Of a DNA stretch of 64,000 nt, positions 60,611 through 64,000 are shown in pieces. The stretch is from Leucoraja erinacea (taxonomy: Eukaryota): positions 12,338,001 to 12,402,000 of the forward strand of contig NC_073404.1 in assembly GCF_028641065.1 (NCBI RefSeq), given 5' to 3'. The notes beneath the pieces are model-generated. The model saw nothing but the letters and a program-made list of their open reading frames with translations, was not told the DNA's origin and ran no database searches. The position numbers and the translations under genes were made by a program. Numbering within the stretch: the stretch's first letter is position 1; each line of letters starts with the position of its first letter.

Positions 60611-61479
60611 ACAGTCCATCTGTTCCCCATTTCCTATCACCCCCAATCCTCTTTCTCTATTCCCACACACATGATGACGCGATTCGACACAGGCTGCGGG
60701 GGTGGGAGGGGCTGGGGCTGGGGCTGGTGCAAAGGCATATGTAAATTGAACCATTTCGATTGGAGTTCTGTGAGCATTGGGCATTGTGACATCACACGAT
60801 GGAACGTTCACCAACATTCTATGGGTGAGAGCTGTTTTTTTTTCATGCTGCAAACGTGTGACCCGCTGAGTTGCTCCTGCACTTTGTGTGCACAAGGTTT
60901 CAGCATCTACAGTTCCCTGTGACATCAAATTGCAAGGACAGCAAGATTTATGTAATGTCGACCTTCATTGCAAAGGGTTTGGAGAAGCATTGGTCTCATT
61001 TGAGGAAGCATTGGTCTCATTTGAGGGATTGCAGAGAAGAACTCTGGGATTAGAGACTAGCCAGCGCAAGCTATAGAACGGGAATTCTGACTTTGAAAAG
61101 ACATTTGGCAGATACATAGATAGGAAGGATTTAGAGCATTATGGGCAGGCAAATAGGACAATCACAGAATGCCAACTTGGACAGCAGGGAAAAAGGTTTC
61201 CATGCTGTATAGCTCTATGACTGTATTAAAGAAGAATTGAGCAGGTTGGGACAAAACTCATCAAGAATGAGAGGTTATCGTGTGGAAACGTTAGGGGTGG
61301 AGCGAATGCTTCCCCATGCTCAGGGAGCCGGAAGTAGAGGTCATGAACGAAGGTCACTGGTGTCAGTTGGAGGTGAGGACTTCCCTCCCTCAGAGAGACC
61401 ACTCGAGTTCCCCTCTTATAACACATAAGTGGGTCAACGAGAAGAAAGCTTATTTTCTAAATCTTCATAATTTTCGTGA

Positions 61480-62577
61480 GCTAAGCTACCTCCTATACTG
61501 TCTCTACACCTACGACTGTAGTCCGGCCCACAACAACAACCGCATCGTCAAATTTGCTGACGACACTACTGTAGTCGGACTTATTTCAAAGGGAGACGAG
61601 GCAGCCTACAGAGAGGAAGTCCTGAAGTTGACAACCTGGTGCTCAGAAAACAATCTGGCTCTGAACACCAGGAAAACAAAAGAGCTCATTGTCGACTTCA
61701 GGAGGCACAGCACCGACTTAGTCCCCCTACATATCAACGGCGAGTGTGTGGAGAGGGTCAACACCTTCCGGTTTCTCGGCGTCCTTATCGCTGCTGATAT
61801 CTCCTGGACAGACAACATGACAGCGGTCATCAAGAAGGCTCAGCAGCGGCTGCACTTCCTGAGGGTTCTCAGGAAGCACAACCTGGACTCTAACCTGCTG
61901 CTGACCTTCTACCGCTCGTCCATCGAGAGCCTGCTCACATACTGCATTAGAGCATGGTACGGCAGCTGCACCATGGCAGACAGGGAGAGGCTTCAGAGGG
62001 TAACTAGGACAGCACAGAAGATCATTGGTTGCCCTCTCCCCTCCCTGATGGATATTTACACCTCCCGCTGCCTTAGCAGGGCAAAGAATATCATTAAGGA
62101 CAGCTCCCATCCTGCGTTTGGACTGTTCGAACGTCTGGAAGGCGCTATAGGTGCATCAAATCTAGGACAAATAGACTCAGGAATAGTTGTTTTCCGAAAA
62201 TCATAACTACTCTTAATTCACACATGCACTGACTTCACAGCCCAACACCCGGACTTCCATCTATTCTATCCACGTACTGAAATTTGGAACTAATGTGTAT
62301 TGTAACTGTAATTTTTAATATTTTTTAAAAACATTTTTAAATATGTAATATAATCTTTAAACATCTGCCTAAGAATACTACCTATTCATCCTTCACCATT
62401 TTGCCTTCATAGATATGTATATAGCGCCGCAGAATTGTGCACCTATCCCCCCCCTCCCTTTTGTTTTTGTTTTCTGTTTCTTGTTTTTTGTACTAAATTA
62501 TATGTATGCACTGAGTACGAGCTGCTTTTAATCTCATTGTACATATATAGTGACAATAAATGGCATATCTATATCTA
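61480..62577 (+). mobile_element. 5'-truncated Rex1/Babar-type LINE inserted in the VTN copy 2 promoter
   Basis: LYCLYTYDC..KFADDTTVVGLI..NLALNTRKTKELIVDFRR; tail GACAATAAATGGC(ATATCT)n; its flanks are contiguous in copy 1 (TTTTCGTGA|TTTAC). Confidence 0.92.
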
Positions 62578-62727
62578 TTTACACAACATAAAAAATCGAT
62601 GGGCTGCTGCCTTTTGCTGAACGTCACAGCAGGTCAACAGAATAGTTCAAACAAATGTCCCCCAACAACACAAATACAAGCAGGGTAAATCATGAAAAAC
62701 CATTCCAGAGTCTGGCAGAGCTCAGCA

Positions 62728-62788
62728 ATGGAGCTACTGATGGTCTTTCTCTCCTTCTCGGCCCTTGATGCCGTAGTGGCAGACAAAG
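62728..62788 (+). CDS. VTN: VTN-like copy 2 exon 1
   Basis: MELLMVFLSFSALDAVVADK|gtaact; 3 nt differences from copy 1. Confidence 0.8.
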
Positions 62789-63386
62789 GTAACTCGAACT
62801 CTTCCTCCAGTTTGTCGCCTGGTCTCTGCGAGCAATTGATGACCTGTTCAGGTATCCAGTGACAACGACGGCCTACTTAAGTCAGACCGGTTCTCCCCTG
62901 ATGGGAAGCCTACTTTCCTCAAGTGTTGAACTTAGGGAAGAGCGAACAACAATGTGACTGAGGATTGGTAGGAATATCTGTAAAGAGACAATATGAGATC
63001 TTCAAGGACATGTTACATTCCTACAAGAGGGAAGAATAAGGGAATGTCTATAGTTCCTGGGATCACCTTCAGTGGTCGCAGGGCAGAGAGTGCTGGCGGT
63101 GGGGTAGCATGGAATGCTAAACTGTGGGCACTCAGGCTCTCTCCTCTCTGCCTTTCATTCTCTCTGACTCTCTCTTCCTCAATCTGTCTGTCTGTTTCTA
63201 TCACTTCATCCTTGCCTCTCTCTTTATTTGTTTCTCCCTCTCCGTCTCTCTTGCTCCTGACACTGGAGCGCCGCGCTGTGGGAGACAGATGAGGGATTGC
63301 TGCACCGTGGCGGGGGGAGATCTGAAGCTGTTGACATCCTGACTGTTGAACATGGGTTGGTGAGTGTCCTGTGTTGTGTTCTGCAG

Positions 63387-63503
63387 AATCCTGTGCCGGC
63401 CGGTGCGATGTGGGCTTCCAGCCGATGGTGAAATGCCAGTGTGATGCCGTCTGTGCCTTCTACAGCACCTGCTGCAGGGACTACTACACCGTCTGTGTGA
63501 AAA
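63387..63503 (+). CDS. VTN: VTN-like copy 2 exon 2 (somatomedin B); rest of gene, if present, lies beyond the window
   Basis: ctgcag|ESCAGRCDVGFQPMVKCQCDAVCAFYSTCCRDYYTVCVK|gtaaac. Confidence 0.85.
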
Positions 63504-63600
63504 GTAAACCGCTTCCAAACACACACCTCAATTAAACTGCGTACACATCGTCATGTACATTAATGCACGTTACACCCTCCGACACAGTCTCACACATCAA

Positions 63601-64000
63601 CTCCATAATGTTTGGGACAAAGATCCATCATCTATCTATTTCCCTCTGTACTCCACAATTTGACTTTGTAATAGAAAAAAATCACATGTGGTTAAAGTGG
63701 CATTTTTATACATTTTGGTTTCACCATGTAGAAATGACAGCTGTATTTATACATAGCTCCCCCATTTCAGAGCACCATAATGTTTGGGACAAATGGCTTC
63801 ACAAGCGTTTGTAATTGCTCAGGTGTGTTTAATTGCCTCTTTAATGCAGGTATAAGTGAGCTCTCAGCACCAAGTCTTTGCTCCAGTTTTTCCATCACCT
63901 TTGGAAACTTTTATTGCTGTTTGTCAACATGAGGACCAAAATTGTGCCAATGAAAGTCAAAGAAGCCTTTATGGGACTGAGAAACAATAATGAAACTGTT
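63601..64000 (+). mobile_element. Tc1 left part in VTN copy 2 intron 2 (duplicate of the 50589 element)
   Basis: CTCCATAATGTTTGGGAC...ATGAGGACCAAA; same position as in copy 1; runs off the window. Confidence 0.9.

Noticed and set aside
59494-60928. Pro-rich 378-aa and 272-aa ORFs and Gly/Arg-rich ORFs
   Set aside because: Translations of a low-complexity polypurine tract
61316-62206. 296-aa ORF apparently fusing unique sequence to an RT domain
   Set aside because: Chance in-frame read-through from duplicated promoter DNA into a truncated LINE; lacks most RT motifs

Overview
Eukaryotic genomic DNA, very probably a cartilaginous fish (skate/ray-like). This is inferred from abundant HE1/V-SINE-type SINEs, CR1 and Rex-type LINE fragments and Penelope ends. 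Three spliced protein-coding genes could be reconstructed exon by exon with GT-AG sites and consistent phases. (1) The 5' 16 coding exons of a divergent BLTP2/KIAA0100-like gene (- strand, ATG 28045, continuing off the left edge). (2) A complete 12-exon RSKR/SGK494-like kinase (- strand, 45459->32679, 399 aa) whose alphaC glutamate appears replaced by Ala. (3) A complete 8-exon vitronectin-like gene (+ strand, 49600-59259, 501 aa) with a 6x16-aa Glu/Pro/Thr repeat. A recent tandem duplicate of vitronectin follows (exons 1-2 in window), with almost exclusively amino-acid-changing differences and a LINE in its promoter. A frameshifted ZFP36/tristetraprolin-like pseudogene, abutting a 22-bp minisatellite, lies antisense in a BLTP2 intron. 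Mobile elements include three Tc1 copies, a non-autonomous Helitron, a hAT MITE, Penelope ends with hammerhead-like cores, and a decayed tRNA-Ser. Comparisons with human proteins are from memory, not from a search.
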